From Arenicellales bacterium (lineage in GTDB: Bacteria; Pseudomonadota; Gammaproteobacteria; Arenicellales; JAJDZL01): a stretch of DNA of 64,000 nt. Location of the stretch: positions 58,913-122,912 of the forward strand of contig CBDBBP010000002.1 in assembly GCA_965202855.1 (NCBI GenBank). The letters run 5' to 3'. Shown piece after piece: positions 48,062 to 59,313 of this stretch. The translations under genes were made by a program, and so were the position numbers. Within the stretch, counting starts at the first letter, position 1, and the number at the start of each line of letters is the position of its first letter. The notes under the pieces were generated by a model. It worked only from the letters and a program-made list of their open reading frames with translations. It had not been told where the DNA came from and did not search any database.

Positions 48062-50050
48062 ATGAGAGTTAAAATGCGACGTTTATCGAAATTAGTGAAA
48101 TTTTTATTGATTCAGAGAGCTCTAGCTATGTCTCTGAAATTTGAATTTAGAGTTGTGCAAACTGTTGCAGTTACAGGCATCGCTATAGTCCTGCTTGCAG
48201 CAGCTGGAATTCCTCATTCTGAAGCCAACGTGTCGAATTCTTTTGAATTTGCTGAGCCTATCAATCCAAAGTCAGGCGCGCTTTATTTAACTGAATTTAA
48301 TACATTCTCAGAAAATACCTTTGCTCAAAATGCCAAAACTGCAGCGACTGACGTTGAAACAATAGATGCGGAGAACATCGTTCAACCCAAGCTTTCTGTG
48401 AAAAAAGTTGAGAAAAAATTTCAAAATTTTATTCATTTTATTGAGCAGTCTTTGAGTTCTGACTCAAATCGTAAACCGTATTTCTCTCCAAAACAAGGTT
48501 CTCACGAGTCTCTGGGATTTGACAGTAGCAAGCAAGATGAAAAAACCGTCGCTGAAGATTCGAAAAATGCAGCGATGTTGCCTGTACTCCCGAGTATTAA
48601 GCCACCTGTAATTCAAAGAGACATCAGGGTAGCAAAACCTAAAATCAAGGTTCAAACTTCAGCGATTTCATCGGAGTTGGAGCCTCCGGTTGAAGAGTCA
48701 ATTAGTCTCTGGCAAGAGATTCGAGATGGATTTCAATTTGAAGACTACAACAGCTCCACTGTTCGGAGATATGAGAAATGGTATTCCTCAAAACCACGCT
48801 TTCTTTCTCGTTTATTTACAAAGGCTGCCACCAATTTGCCTTATGTCCTGGAACAAGTTCAAAGACGAAAGCTGCCCACAGAAATCGCACTGCTGCCAAT
48901 CATAGAAAGTGCTTATAACCCCTATGCTTTTTCGGATGCGGGAGCGGTTGGATTGTGGCAGTTCATGCCATTTACGGGACGACGATATGGGTTGAGTCGA
49001 GATTACTGGTACGAAGGTCGACGAGACATTGTCAATTCAACCAACGCAGCCCTGGATTATCTTGAAACCTTATACAACGAGTTCGACGGAGATTGGGCTC
49101 TTGCGCTTGCTGCCTATAACGCTGGAGAAAATCGGGTGCAGCGAGAAATCTCAAGAAATCGAAAACAGAACAAATCAACGAAGTATGGCGCACTTCGATT
49201 GCCAAGGGAAACTAGAAAATACCTGCCGAAACTGATTGCAATCAAAAACATTGTCAATGACCCGAATAAGTTTGATGTTGTATTGCCAGACCTTACAACA
49301 GAGTCCACGTTCGCAATTGTTGAATTCGATTACCAAGTTGATCTAAACAAAGTCGCAATTGTCACTGAAACTGATTATGATGAGTTTGCTCAATTGAATC
49401 CTGGACTTCGGCGGGGAATGACACCGCCGAAAGGACCGCACAAAATCTTAGTTCCGGTTGCAAAGTACGACCAGATTCTAGACTGGATATCGAACATTTC
49501 TCCAGAGCAAGCTTTGGGACAATCCTCCTTATACGAAATTCAATCAGGTGATACGTTAAGTCGTATCGCTCTAGAATACGGCCTAACCATTGAAACGATT
49601 AAAACCTATAACCAGATGACATCAGATCTGATCGTTGCAGGCGAAACGATCAAGCTTCCTGTAATTGGTCCCTTTGGAACGTATGCAAGCCTTGATCAAA
49701 CCAATAAACCAAGCCGAATTCATACAGTTAAGAGGGGCGATACCCTTGGCAAAATTGCTTCGCAATACGGAGTTCCAGTCAAACAATTGCGAATAGTGAA
49801 TCGACTCTCGACGGACCTGATCAAAATCGGAGAACAGCTGCATTTGCCAACGCCTAAGTTTCAAGAAAATCAGATTCAAACCGCTGGAACAAACCAATCT
49901 CGACTTGTCCACCGAGTCAGAAACGGTGAGTCTTTGTGGAGCATTTCGAAGCTTTATGACGTCGACTTAAGTGAGTTGAAGCAATGGAACAAAATTCAGA
50001 ATGATTCACTCATTCTTCCGAATCAGAGGATCGTCGTCCACCTCAATTAG
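48062..50050 (+). CDS. mltD: Membrane-bound lytic murein transglycosylase D-like (SLT domain plus three LysM repeats)
   Basis: LLPIIESAYNPYAFSDAGAVGLWQFMP. LysM-like YEIQSGDTLSRIA, HTVKRGDTLGKIA and HRVRNGESLWSIS. Confidence 0.85.
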   Translation: MRVKMRRLSKLVKFLLIQRALAMSLKFEFRVVQTVAVTGIAIVLLAAAGIPHSEANVSNSFEFAEPINPKSGALYLTEFNTFSENTFAQNAKTAATDVETIDAENIVQPKLSVKKVEKKFQNFIHFIEQSLSSDSNRKPYFSPKQGSHESLGFDSSKQDEKTVAEDSKNAAMLPVLPSIKPPVIQRDIRVAKPKIKVQTSAISSELEPPVEESISLWQEIRDGFQFEDYNSSTVRRYEKWYSSKPRFLSRLFTKAATNLPYVLEQVQRRKLPTEIALLPIIESAYNPYAFSDAGAVGLWQFMPFTGRRYGLSRDYWYEGRRDIVNSTNAALDYLETLYNEFDGDWALALAAYNAGENRVQREISRNRKQNKSTKYGALRLPRETRKYLPKLIAIKNIVNDPNKFDVVLPDLTTESTFAIVEFDYQVDLNKVAIVTETDYDEFAQLNPGLRRGMTPPKGPHKILVPVAKYDQILDWISNISPEQALGQSSLYEIQSGDTLSRIALEYGLTIETIKTYNQMTSDLIVAGETIKLPVIGPFGTYASLDQTNKPSRIHTVKRGDTLGKIASQYGVPVKQLRIVNRLSTDLIKIGEQLHLPTPKFQENQIQTAGTNQSRLVHRVRNGESLWSISKLYDVDLSELKQWNKIQNDSLILPNQRIVVHLN

Positions 50051-50076
50051 TTTGTAATTCTTCGCATGATCGTGCT

Positions 50077-50787
50077 TCAGTTTTTTAGAAACTGATGCGC
50101 AATCCAAAGATCCTCCCACGCCTTTGATTTTTCTGAAGGCCTTCTGAGCAGGTATGCAGGGTGATACGTTACAATCAAATTCGCCCTCAAATCGAACAGC
50201 TGATGCGTTTTACCTCGCAGCCTTGCCAATGGAAGCTCCGTGTCCAGAAGAAGCTGTGCGCTAATACGACCAAGCGCAACAATCACCTTCGGTGAAATCA
50301 ACTCGATCTGACGTCGCAAATATATTGAACAAGCGTTGGCTTCCTGGTGCCTTGGATCTCGATTGTTTGGAGGCCTGCACTTGACGACATTGCAGATATA
50401 GACTTCTTCCCGACTGTAGCCTAAAGCAGAAATCATCGCAGTCAACAATTTTCCAGCGCGCCCTACGAAAGGAAGACCCTGCAGGTCTTCGTCTCTCCCA
50501 GGACCTTCCCCGATAAACATGATGTCAGCATTCTCTGAACCAGAACCAAATACAGTATTGGTTCTGGTTTTAGAGAGTACGCATTTTTCACAACCAGCGA
50601 CTATGTTGGCGACTGATTCCAAATCTAAGTCACTTAGATGCTCGCCTGGTTTTGGCTCAACTGTTTGTTTAGTGCTTGCGGGGTCCAACTCACTCTCAGC
50701 CGCAGTCTCTGTTTCTGTGTCGGATTCAAGCCCTCGCAGCTTCCAAATATCGATTCCCATCGATTCGAGGTAGTCGTCCCTTGACAT
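50077..50787 (-). CDS. Uracil-DNA glycosylase, family 4
   Basis: GCEKC..SKTRTNTVFGSG..ADIMFIGEGPGRDEDLQGLPFVGRAGKLL and NVVKCRPPNNRDP. Confidence 0.85.
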   Translation of the reverse strand: MSRDDYLESMGIDIWKLRGLESDTETETAAESELDPASTKQTVEPKPGEHLSDLDLESVANIVAGCEKCVLSKTRTNTVFGSGSENADIMFIGEGPGRDEDLQGLPFVGRAGKLLTAMISALGYSREEVYICNVVKCRPPNNRDPRHQEANACSIYLRRQIELISPKVIVALGRISAQLLLDTELPLARLRGKTHQLFDLRANLIVTYHPAYLLRRPSEKSKAWEDLWIAHQFLKN

Positions 50788-50797
50788 AACGGAAATT

Positions 50798-52342
50798 CTA
50801 AATCATCGAATCCTTTTGAGGATGTGATCGAGCAGAACCACCAAGACGATTTAGAGCGTCAATGTAAGCTCGAACAGACGCAATAACAATGTCGGTATCG
50901 GCGCCATGTCCATTCACAATACGACCATTCTCCTTCAGCCTTACGCTAACTTCGCCTAGAGCATCAGTTCCACCGGTGATGCTGTGCACTGAATACAACT
51001 CCAGAACAGGATCACTTTTAACCAGAGATTTAACTGCCCGAAATGAAGCATCAACGGGTCCGTTGCCATCGGCAGTAGCGTGAAACGACTCACCATCGAT
51101 TTGCAGCTCCAAGTCTGCAACCGAATTTTTTTCGGAGTCTGAATTGACCTTGAGTGACTCTAGACGCACTCGACCCTCATTCAGTACAAAATTCGAATCG
51201 ACCATCAAACCGACTAAATCATCGTCAAATATTTCGTGCTTGCGGTCGGCAAGCCGTTTGAATTTTGCAAACGCGGTTGTGAGATCTTTTTCTGTATCCA
51301 ATTCAAAACCAAGTTTGCTCATACGCTGACCAAATGCGTGTCTCCCTGAATGTTTGCCCAAAACCATCCGGTTATTCGACCACCCGACATCCTGAGCTCT
51401 CATGATTTCGTAGGTTTCGCGCTTTTTTATGACTCCGTCTTGATGAATGCCAGATTCATGCGCAAACGCGTTGGCACCAACAATCGCTTTATTCGGCTGA
51501 ATTGCAAATCCCGTCACACTCGATACGAGTCGACTCGTTGGCACGATTTGCGTGGCATCAATCCGGGTATCACAATCAAAGTAATCTTGGCGGGTTCTCA
51601 CTGCCATTACAATTTCCTCTAATGACGCATTGCCTGCACGCTCACCAAGTCCGTTTATCGTACATTCAACCTGACGTGCGCCCGAGCGTACTGCAGCCAA
51701 TGAATTTGCCACTGCAAGACCAAGGTCGTTGTGACAGTGAACCGAAAATATTGCCTGATCTGAATTTGGAATTTTTTCCATCAAATTTTTGATCAATTCT
51801 GCAAATTGACCAGGCAAGTTGTAGCCAACGGTATCTGGAATGTTTACGGTTCGAGCGCCTGCCTTGATTGTGGCTTCCAGCACTCTGCAAAGAAAATCAA
51901 GATCGGAACGACCCGCATCCTCAGGGGAAAATTCCACATCATCCGTAAAATTTCTCGCTTTCTTTACCGCCCAGACAGCCCTTTCCAGAACTTGATCTTC
52001 GGTTAGCCGAAGTTTCTCACGCATGTGAATCGGAGAGGTTGCTATGAACGTATGAATGCGACCAGAGCGAGCTGGTTGAACTGCTTTGGCCGCTTTGTCC
52101 AGATCCCCGGAGACTGCCCTCGCTAAAGCGCAAACAGTACTGTCCTTGATTTCTTTGGCGACTTGTTTCACTGCTTCAAAATCACCGGGACTAGCCGCAG
52201 GGAATCCTGCTTCAATAATATCGACTCGCATCTTCTCAAGGGCCTTAGCGATCATCAACTTTTCATCTGATGTCATTGACGCGCCTGGACTTTGCTCGCC
52301 GTCTCTTAATGTTGTGTCAAATACAATTAATCGGTCCGACAT
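50798..52342 (-). CDS. leuA: 2-isopropylmalate synthase
   Basis: [13 protein letters not shown] and [16 protein letters not shown], with a C-terminal LeuA dimerisation/regulatory region. The start is placed at ATG 52342 (MSDRLIVF...). Confidence 0.9.
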   Translation of the reverse strand: MSDRLIVFDTTLRDGEQSPGASMTSDEKLMIAKALEKMRVDIIEAGFPAASPGDFEAVKQVAKEIKDSTVCALARAVSGDLDKAAKAVQPARSGRIHTFIATSPIHMREKLRLTEDQVLERAVWAVKKARNFTDDVEFSPEDAGRSDLDFLCRVLEATIKAGARTVNIPDTVGYNLPGQFAELIKNLMEKIPNSDQAIFSVHCHNDLGLAVANSLAAVRSGARQVECTINGLGERAGNASLEEIVMAVRTRQDYFDCDTRIDATQIVPTSRLVSSVTGFAIQPNKAIVGANAFAHESGIHQDGVIKKRETYEIMRAQDVGWSNNRMVLGKHSGRHAFGQRMSKLGFELDTEKDLTTAFAKFKRLADRKHEIFDDDLVGLMVDSNFVLNEGRVRLESLKVNSDSEKNSVADLELQIDGESFHATADGNGPVDASFRAVKSLVKSDPVLELYSVHSITGGTDALGEVSVRLKENGRIVNGHGADTDIVIASVRAYIDALNRLGGSARSHPQKDSMI

Positions 52343-52419
52343 GTTTATTCCAATCAATACTAAGTTAAACGATGTACAACAACAGATGAACCATTGCTGC
52401 GGTAGAAAAAAACTAGGTT

Positions 52420-52451
52420 GAGAAAAAAGAAAAGACGCGCCTACTGGCGCA
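52420..52451 (-). terminator. Intrinsic terminator / attenuator hairpin between pssA and leuA
   Basis: Minus strand reads (T)GCGCC-AGTA-GGCGC(G) followed by TCTTTTCTTTTTTCTC. Confidence 0.5.
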
Positions 52452-52518
52452 GCAACAGCAGATTGCTAAGTGGAAGCAGGGAGAAGAATAATTTTGAATT
52501 TAATTTGTCGCTTTGCAT
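52441..52518 (-). promoter_or_regulatory. Candidate leucine-rich leader peptide ORF (25 codons) of a leuA attenuator
   Basis: ATG..TAG translates to [25 protein letters not shown]. There are four consecutive Leu codons (CTG CTG TTG CTG) immediately 5' of the terminator stem, and the stop codon lies inside the hairpin. Confidence 0.5.
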
Positions 52519-52554
52519 TTCGCGGCTATTTATATCACAAATGATTCGAATGAT

Positions 52555-53364
52555 TCATGATTTTTCTTTGGGCGGCGTCCGCTCCTTATCCTGTTTTTTC
52601 TGTCGCTTCCGCTTCCTTCTTTTTCTTACCTGACCGAACCATACGACTGGTCCGCTTATTAGATAAGCTGTTATTAAAGTAAAGACTACTTTTGGAGGAT
52701 CGAACGAGATGAGTGCGATGATGAAAACCACACCCACACTTGTTAGAAACGGCACTTGTCCTTTCATGCCAAAATTCTTGAAACTCGGATACGGAACTGT
52801 GCTCACCATACCAAGAGCCAGGAGGACGACCAATAGCGTTGCAATAATAGTCAATGATTCAATTTCTCGTCCAACCGTAGTTTCCATTATCCACATCCAA
52901 GATACTAGGAAAGCACCAGCCATCGGACATGGAAGTCCTTGAAAATATACAGAGTCATGAGTAGTTTGAGTATTGAATCGAGCTAATCTCAATGCAGTTG
53001 CCGACACATACAAGAAAGCACACAGCCAACCAATTTTTCCGATCGCATGAAGTGTCCAGTCGAACAATATGAGCGTCGGCGCCAATCCGAAACAGATGAC
53101 ATCTGAAAGACTGTCGTACTCTTTTCCAAAATCGCTTGATGTATTAGTCAATCGGGCAACTCTGCCATCCAGCCCGTCTAGCACAGTTGCGATCAATACC
53201 GCAATTGCCGCAGTCTCAAAACGACCTGAAGAAGCTTGGATGATTGCATAGAAACCGAAAAATAAAGCGCCTGTTGTCAATAAATTTGGCAATATATAAA
53301 CACCGCGTCGGCGGCGACCTCGACGACGTTTATGCCTTCGCCTTCTTGGTTTCTCCATCTGCAT
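52555..53364 (-). CDS. pssA: CDP-diacylglycerol--serine O-phosphatidyltransferase
   Basis: CDP-alcohol phosphatidyltransferase motif DGLDGRVARLTNTSSDFGKEYDSLSD. Confidence 0.85.
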   Translation of the reverse strand: MQMEKPRRRRHKRRRGRRRRGVYILPNLLTTGALFFGFYAIIQASSGRFETAAIAVLIATVLDGLDGRVARLTNTSSDFGKEYDSLSDVICFGLAPTLILFDWTLHAIGKIGWLCAFLYVSATALRLARFNTQTTHDSVYFQGLPCPMAGAFLVSWMWIMETTVGREIESLTIIATLLVVLLALGMVSTVPYPSFKNFGMKGQVPFLTSVGVVFIIALISFDPPKVVFTLITAYLISGPVVWFGQVRKRRKRKRQKKQDKERTPPKEKS

Positions 53365-53567
53365 GTATGATCGCTCGTTTAAAAATCCAATTTATAGGGT
53401 TATTTCTGATCAAATACCCCTAAATTCAAGTTGAATTCGTTAAATTATTCTAACACGGGAGAATCAATACTCGGCAAGTTCCAAAAATTTTAATCTTTGG
53501 CATCTCAACGACGAGAATTATTGGAAGATTGATTGACTTCGGAAAGTGCGACAAAGCTGGCAGAGCT

Positions 53568-54200
53568 TTATGCAGTTGATCCAATTACGTCACAACCGCC
53601 CTTGATTTTATCGCCAATGTTGACGGTCACCTTGTACTTCACCGGGAGATGCAACTCAACTCTCGAACCGAATCTGATAAATCCATATCTTTGGCCGACC
53701 GTCACCTCGTCGTTTTCGTCAACGTAGCATAAAATTCGACGCGCGATTAATCCGGCAATTTGAATGCAAGTCACCTTTTGATTGTCTCGAGTGCGAATGA
53801 CAAGCACGTTTCTTTCATTTTCCATTGAGGATTTATCGACAGCCGCATTAAAAAATTTTCCAGGGACATAAGATCGAATTAGAATTTTTCCTGAAATGGG
53901 GATGCGGTTGGCATGCACGGAGAATATGTTCATGAAAATAGCAATTCGAGTCACTTCGGATTCGCCATAAGGATCTTTTATTCTATCGACAGCAACGACT
54001 TTTCCGTCTGCGGGAGATACAATTGCCTGCTCATCCAATGGAGCTACACGAATCGGGTCTCGAAAAAACTGTAAGATGAACACAAAGGCTATCCAAAATG
54101 GAAAAGCCCATGCAGTTCCAGCAAAAATTTGGATTGTTGCGGCGATTAATATCGCAAAGCCGGCGAAGGGGTATCCCTCACGCGCCAAATTCATTGTCAA
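53568..54200 (-). CDS. psd: Phosphatidylserine decarboxylase, short (archaetidylserine decarboxylase-like) type
   Basis: 210 aa. [13 protein letters not shown] processing-site region. Adjacent to pssA. Confidence 0.75.
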   Translation of the reverse strand: MTMNLAREGYPFAGFAILIAATIQIFAGTAWAFPFWIAFVFILQFFRDPIRVAPLDEQAIVSPADGKVVAVDRIKDPYGESEVTRIAIFMNIFSVHANRIPISGKILIRSYVPGKFFNAAVDKSSMENERNVLVIRTRDNQKVTCIQIAGLIARRILCYVDENDEVTVGQRYGFIRFGSRVELHLPVKYKVTVNIGDKIKGGCDVIGSTA

Positions 54201-55213
54201 TTGACGTCTCGGTCTACAAGTCGTCCTGCTGAAATCCAGGGCATCATCGCACGCAGGGAGGAACCGACTTCTTCAATCCCTCTACCGGCCGAAGCTTTGC
54301 GCAAGGAATTGAATCTGCTGCTGCCGCTGGCATTCTCGCTCATCCATTCTCTGGCAAAATCACCCGATTGAATTTCCGACAATATTTTACGCATCTCTGC
54401 CCGCGTGCCATCATCGACGATTCTCGGACCTCGAGTCAAATCACCATATTCGGCAGTGTTTGACACAGAGTAGCGCATGTTTTGAATTCCGCCTTCATAG
54501 ATTAGATCAACGATCAGTTTCAATTCGTGCAAACACTCAAAATATGCCATTTCCGGTGCATAACCAGCATCAACTAGAGTATCAAAACCTGCTTCAACCA
54601 ACGCGGTCACACCACCACATAATACAGTTTGTTCGCCGAAAAGATCAGTTTCCGTTTCTTCACGAAATGTTGTTTCGATAACGCCTGCTCTTCCGCCACC
54701 GATCGCTGAAGCATAGGAAAGAGCCAGTGGTTGTGTTCCGCCTGACGCGTCTTGATAAATCGCAATCAGGCACGGTACGCCGCCGCCGTTTACATACGTG
54801 GATCGTACCAGATGACCCGGACCTTTTGGCGCAACCATGAATGTGTCAATGTCTTCCGCTGGTTGGATAAATTTGAAATGAATATTAAAACCATGTGCGA
54901 ACGCGACCGCTGCACCAGCCTTCAAATTCGGTGCAATTTCGGTTTGATACAGATTAGCCTGTAATTCGTCGGGCACCAAAATCATAACAATATCGGCACT
55001 GGCGACAGCATCTCCAACATCTGCCGTGGCGATGCCCGCACGGTCAGCTTTTGCTCTAGATGAAGACCCAGGTCTCAATCCAACGACTACATCTACCCCG
55101 CTGTCTTGCAGGTTGCCGGCGTGAGCGTGTCCCTGCGAACCAAATCCAATCACGGCTACTCGTTTTTGGGCGATGATGGAAGGATCAGCGTCCGAATCGT
55201 AATAAACTTTCAT
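54197..55213 (-). CDS. ilvC: Ketol-acid reductoisomerase
   Basis: [31 protein letters not shown]. 338 aa, class I. Confidence 0.95.
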   Translation of the reverse strand: MKVYYDSDADPSIIAQKRVAVIGFGSQGHAHAGNLQDSGVDVVVGLRPGSSSRAKADRAGIATADVGDAVASADIVMILVPDELQANLYQTEIAPNLKAGAAVAFAHGFNIHFKFIQPAEDIDTFMVAPKGPGHLVRSTYVNGGGVPCLIAIYQDASGGTQPLALSYASAIGGGRAGVIETTFREETETDLFGEQTVLCGGVTALVEAGFDTLVDAGYAPEMAYFECLHELKLIVDLIYEGGIQNMRYSVSNTAEYGDLTRGPRIVDDGTRAEMRKILSEIQSGDFAREWMSENASGSSRFNSLRKASAGRGIEEVGSSLRAMMPWISAGRLVDRDVN

Positions 55214-55233
55214 ATTGATTTCCTTAAATCTTT

Positions 55234-55761
55234 CTAATGTTTTTTTGAACCCGAAGAGGGAACTGTGAGAGCGGTATCACCTCGAGCAATTCCCGATACG
55301 CCAGTGCGGACGAGTTCCAAAATCTGAGTTGTTTTCAGTTTGTCAATAAAAGCATCTAATTTTCTTCCTTCTCCAGTCAGTTCGATCGTATACAGCGATT
55401 CAGTCACATCAATAATACGACCGCGAAAAATCTCAGTGAGCCGCTTTACTTCATCTCGAGTTTCGCCTTTGGCAATGACTTTCACCAACATCAACTCTCG
55501 ATGGATATTCAGATGATCTTTCGAAAGATCAAGCAGCTTGACCACTTCAATCAATTTGTTCAACTGCTTTTTGATTTGTTCTACAACCCGATCAGAACCA
55601 ACTGTTACGATGGTCATGCGAGAGAGTGTTGAATCTTCGGTTGGAGCAACGGTTAGTGTTTCAATGTTGTAGCCCCTCGCTGAAAACAGTCCAGCAACTC
55701 GGGATAGGGCTCCAGGTTCATTTTCCAGCAGCACCGAGATGATATGACGCTTTTCCTCCAC
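55234..55761 (-). CDS. ilvH: Acetolactate synthase small (regulatory) subunit
   Basis: [36 protein letters not shown]. Confidence 0.9.
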   Translation of the reverse strand: MEEKRHIISVLLENEPGALSRVAGLFSARGYNIETLTVAPTEDSTLSRMTIVTVGSDRVVEQIKKQLNKLIEVVKLLDLSKDHLNIHRELMLVKVIAKGETRDEVKRLTEIFRGRIIDVTESLYTIELTGEGRKLDAFIDKLKTTQILELVRTGVSGIARGDTALTVPSSGSKKH

Positions 55762-57498
55762 TTACGCTAACTCCCGATTCTCGAGTTCACTTGAATCTCC
55801 GTCAGATCTCAAATGCATGTCATTGTGTCCCGCTCCGGCGGCAATCATGGGATAAACGTTTTCTTGCTGATCTGTGATAAAGTCGAGGAATACGAGCTGA
55901 TCTTTTCTGCTCATTGCATCGATTAAAGCATCTTCTACATCTGATGGATTTTCAACTCGCACACCATGATGCCCGAAGCTCTTCGCCAACGCTACGAAAT
56001 CCGGTAAAGCATCCATATACGAATGTGAATAACGTCGATCGTAGAAGAACTCCTGCCATTGGCGAACCATGCCCATGTAGCGGTTGTTCAAATTTACAAT
56101 TTTGATGGGCAGATCGTACTGTTTGCAAGTGGAGAGCTCCTGGATGCACATGATGATGCTCGCTTCTCCGGTAACGCAGACGACATCTGAATCCGGATGA
56201 GCGAAACATACTCCCATTGCTGCGGGCAACCCAAAGCCCATCGTGCCCAATCCACCGGAATTAACCCAGCGTCGAGGTTCGTCAAACCCATAAAATTGAG
56301 CAGCCCACATCTGGTGCTGCCCCACGTCGGAGGTAACAAAAGCCTTGCCCTTGGTCACTTCATACAGTTTTTCAAGCACGAACTGTGGTTTGATCTTGTC
56401 ACTTTCTCGGTTGTAAGCCAAGCAATCAATCGAGCGCCACGACTCAATTTGACTCCACCATCTCTTCAAATAGGTTTGATTTGGAGATCGGTTCTCTTTC
56501 TTGACCGCTTCAATCAGATCTGCCAATACAGATTTAGCGTCTCCCACGATTGGGATTTCCACGTTGACGTTCTTGCCAATAGAAGAAGGATCTATATCGA
56601 TGTGAATTTTTTGTGAATGTGGTGAAAACTTAGAAAGATCGCCAGTGATTCGATCATCAAATCTTGCACCGACAGCGAGCATGACATCACAATCGTGCAT
56701 AGCCATGTTGGCCTCGTAGGTGCCATGCATGCCCAACATTCCCAAAAAGAGAGAATCATGGGATGGGTAGCTGCCCAATCCCATCAAGGTATTGGTGCAG
56801 GGATATTGCAGCAGTTGAACTAATTCACGCAATTCGTTTTCAGCATATGCGATTGAGACCCCTCCACCTGTGTAAATGATGGGTCTCTTAGCCCTGAGCA
56901 ATAGATTTGCCGCTTTCTTAATTTGTCCTCGATGCCCGCGAATCGTTGGATTGTATGAGCGCAGGGAAATCGAACGAGGGTAGATATACTCGGTTTTCGC
57001 AGCGGTAACGTCCTTGGGAATGTCGACAACGACAGGACCGGGGCGACCTGAATTGGCAATATAAAATGCCTTTTTGATCGTCATCGCTAAATCTTGAATG
57101 TCTCGTACCAGAAAATTATGCTTGACGCAAGGTCGAGTAACGCCAAGCGCATCAACCTCCTGAAAGGCGTCATCTCCGATCAGATGTGTAGGCACCTGTC
57201 CGGAAATCATAACCATGGGAATGGAATCCATGTAGGCTGTAGCAAGCCCGGTAACAGCATTCGTCACCCCTGGACCTGAGGTAACGAGCATTACTCCTAC
57301 CTCTCCAGTTACGCGAGCATAACCATCTGCAGCGTGAGCTGCCCCTTGTTCGTGACGTACGAGAATATGTCTGACGTCGTCTTGTTTATATAACGCATCA
57401 TAAATATGTAGTGCGGCCCCGCCTGGGTAACCAAAGATGTATTTGACTCCCTCATCCTTCAGGCACTGCACGACCATATCAGCACCAGTTAACTCCAT
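55762..57498 (-). CDS. ilvI: Acetolactate synthase large subunit
   Basis: 578 aa. GYPGGAALHIYDAL and the ThDP motif GGLGTMGFGLPAAMG. Confidence 0.9.
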   Translation of the reverse strand: MELTGADMVVQCLKDEGVKYIFGYPGGAALHIYDALYKQDDVRHILVRHEQGAAHAADGYARVTGEVGVMLVTSGPGVTNAVTGLATAYMDSIPMVMISGQVPTHLIGDDAFQEVDALGVTRPCVKHNFLVRDIQDLAMTIKKAFYIANSGRPGPVVVDIPKDVTAAKTEYIYPRSISLRSYNPTIRGHRGQIKKAANLLLRAKRPIIYTGGGVSIAYAENELRELVQLLQYPCTNTLMGLGSYPSHDSLFLGMLGMHGTYEANMAMHDCDVMLAVGARFDDRITGDLSKFSPHSQKIHIDIDPSSIGKNVNVEIPIVGDAKSVLADLIEAVKKENRSPNQTYLKRWWSQIESWRSIDCLAYNRESDKIKPQFVLEKLYEVTKGKAFVTSDVGQHQMWAAQFYGFDEPRRWVNSGGLGTMGFGLPAAMGVCFAHPDSDVVCVTGEASIIMCIQELSTCKQYDLPIKIVNLNNRYMGMVRQWQEFFYDRRYSHSYMDALPDFVALAKSFGHHGVRVENPSDVEDALIDAMSRKDQLVFLDFITDQQENVYPMIAAGAGHNDMHLRSDGDSSELENRELA

Positions 57499-57801
57499 TT
57501 ACCGAAACCTCCACCAATAAGCGTAATCACCATATTTATTATTCAAAATAGACACTTAATTATAGTAATTGAGAAATTTTCTACTTCTATATTTTTAACG
57601 TGCCGCCAATTTTAACAAATTCAAATTGCAACAAGGTCTGACTAAAAATATCGGCTGAACTTGATCGAAGAGAACCAGAAGTTTCAATGCGAAGCTACAA
57701 ATGAGTGCTTTTGAGCATTCGCCAGAATCGCAACTTTGATCGTCACCAATACTCAGTCATGACCGCTTGATGCTAAGAAACTTGAAAAATTTCAATCGAT
57801 A

Positions 57802-59229
57802 TCAGCTCTGCGCAACAATTCTGCGCCAGTTGGTAGTGCCGTCCGCCAGATCTTCGATTTCAACCCCAAGCTCCGTCAGCTCAGTGCGAATTTGATCGGC
57901 TTTGGACCAATTTCGCTCCCGCCTGGCAGCGGCGCGTGCTTTAACCAAGTCCTGAATTCGATCGATTTCCTCACCCTTATCCTCTAGTCCTAAATATCTT
58001 TCAGGAGTCAGAGCAATCAAGCCAAGCGCATTTGAAATTCGATAAAGCGTACTGCACAATCGTTCTGCTCGGTTTCGGTCATTTTTTTCAAGCGCGCGAT
58101 TCAGCCGCCTTACGCAATCAAAAATTACCGCGATGGCTTCGGGTGTGTTGAAGTCATCATCCATCGCAGAATGGAATTTAATGACAATATCATCTTCAAA
58201 TTTGCTCCCTGCGAGAATGCCCCTTTGCCCTGCCTTTTGGAGAGCGACATAGATTCGTCTGAGCCCCAACTTCGAATTTTCCAAATTCTTTTCACTGTAG
58301 TTCAAGGGACTTCTGTAGTGACTGCAAAGAAAAAAGAACCGAAGCACCTCACCCATTCGCTCACGGTCAGAATCCGTATCAAGAATCTCCCGAATGGTGA
58401 AAAAATTCTTAAGTGACTTAGACATTTTTTCAGCATTGACCTGCAAATACCCATTGTGCATCCAGTAATTGACAAATTTTTCTCCGGTGGCAGCTTCTGA
58501 TTGCGCGATTTCGTTCTCGTGATGCGGAAAGAGAAGATCCATGCCTCCCCCATGAATATCAAAGTGATTTCCCAACAAATCCATCGACATCGCAGAACAT
58601 TCAATGTGCCATCCCGGCCTGCCTTCCCCCCAAGGTGAATCCCACTTCGGTTCATTAGCTTTTGAATGTTTCCACAGTACGAAATCAATAGGGTCCTCCT
58701 TCTGTTCACCGACATCAACTCGCGCGCCTGCCATCAAGTCATCCAAATTGGAACAAGAGAGCTTGCCATATTCTTCAAACTTTCGAGTCCGATAGTAAAC
58801 ATCACCATTTTCAGCCAAGTAAGCAAATCCCCGATGCATCAGTATCGAGATCAAATCGATGATCTCAGTGACATAGTCTGTCGCTCTGGGCTCATGGTCG
58901 GGTTTTTGGATAGACAATGCTTCTAGATCTTCATGCATGAAGCCTATAAATCGATTCGTCAATGTTTCGATCGACTCTCCGAGCTCGTTGGCTCTTTGGA
59001 TGATTTTGTCATCAATGTCCGTGATGTTCCTGACATATTTCACTTCATATCCGCGATATCGCAAATAGCGGATAATTGCATCGAATCCAACCATGACCCG
59101 CGCGTGCCCAAGATGACAGTAGTCATACACGGTCATTCCACAAACATATACGTGAATTCGATTCTCTCGAATGGGAACGAAAATCTCTTTTTTTCCTGTT
59201 AAGTTATTGTGAATAATCAGTCTGTTCAT
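57802..59229 (-). CDS. cysS: Cysteine--tRNA ligase
   Basis: CGMTVYDYCHLGHARV and KMSKSLKN. The start is placed at ATG 59229 (MNRLIIHNNLTG...). The longer track ORF would overlap lpxH. Confidence 0.9.
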   Translation of the reverse strand: MNRLIIHNNLTGKKEIFVPIRENRIHVYVCGMTVYDYCHLGHARVMVGFDAIIRYLRYRGYEVKYVRNITDIDDKIIQRANELGESIETLTNRFIGFMHEDLEALSIQKPDHEPRATDYVTEIIDLISILMHRGFAYLAENGDVYYRTRKFEEYGKLSCSNLDDLMAGARVDVGEQKEDPIDFVLWKHSKANEPKWDSPWGEGRPGWHIECSAMSMDLLGNHFDIHGGGMDLLFPHHENEIAQSEAATGEKFVNYWMHNGYLQVNAEKMSKSLKNFFTIREILDTDSDRERMGEVLRFFFLCSHYRSPLNYSEKNLENSKLGLRRIYVALQKAGQRGILAGSKFEDDIVIKFHSAMDDDFNTPEAIAVIFDCVRRLNRALEKNDRNRAERLCSTLYRISNALGLIALTPERYLGLEDKGEEIDRIQDLVKARAAARRERNWSKADQIRTELTELGVEIEDLADGTTNWRRIVAQS

Positions 59230-59313
59230 CGATTTGTTAAAATTGCAGGTTAGAAGTCTGAAAACTGCTTCATTATAAAGATTCTGCTCGCTCTTCCTCT
59301 GACTCAAATATTC

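Noticed and set aside
57499-57540. Upstream mini-ORF MVITLIGGGFGKWS overlapping the ilvI start as a branched-chain amino-acid leader peptide
   Set aside because: It has only five regulatory-type codons and no terminator or alternative hairpins. It overlaps the ilvI ribosome-binding site, so it is most likely a chance ORF. A good TATAAT at 57559-57564 (minus strand) is probably just the ilvI promoter.
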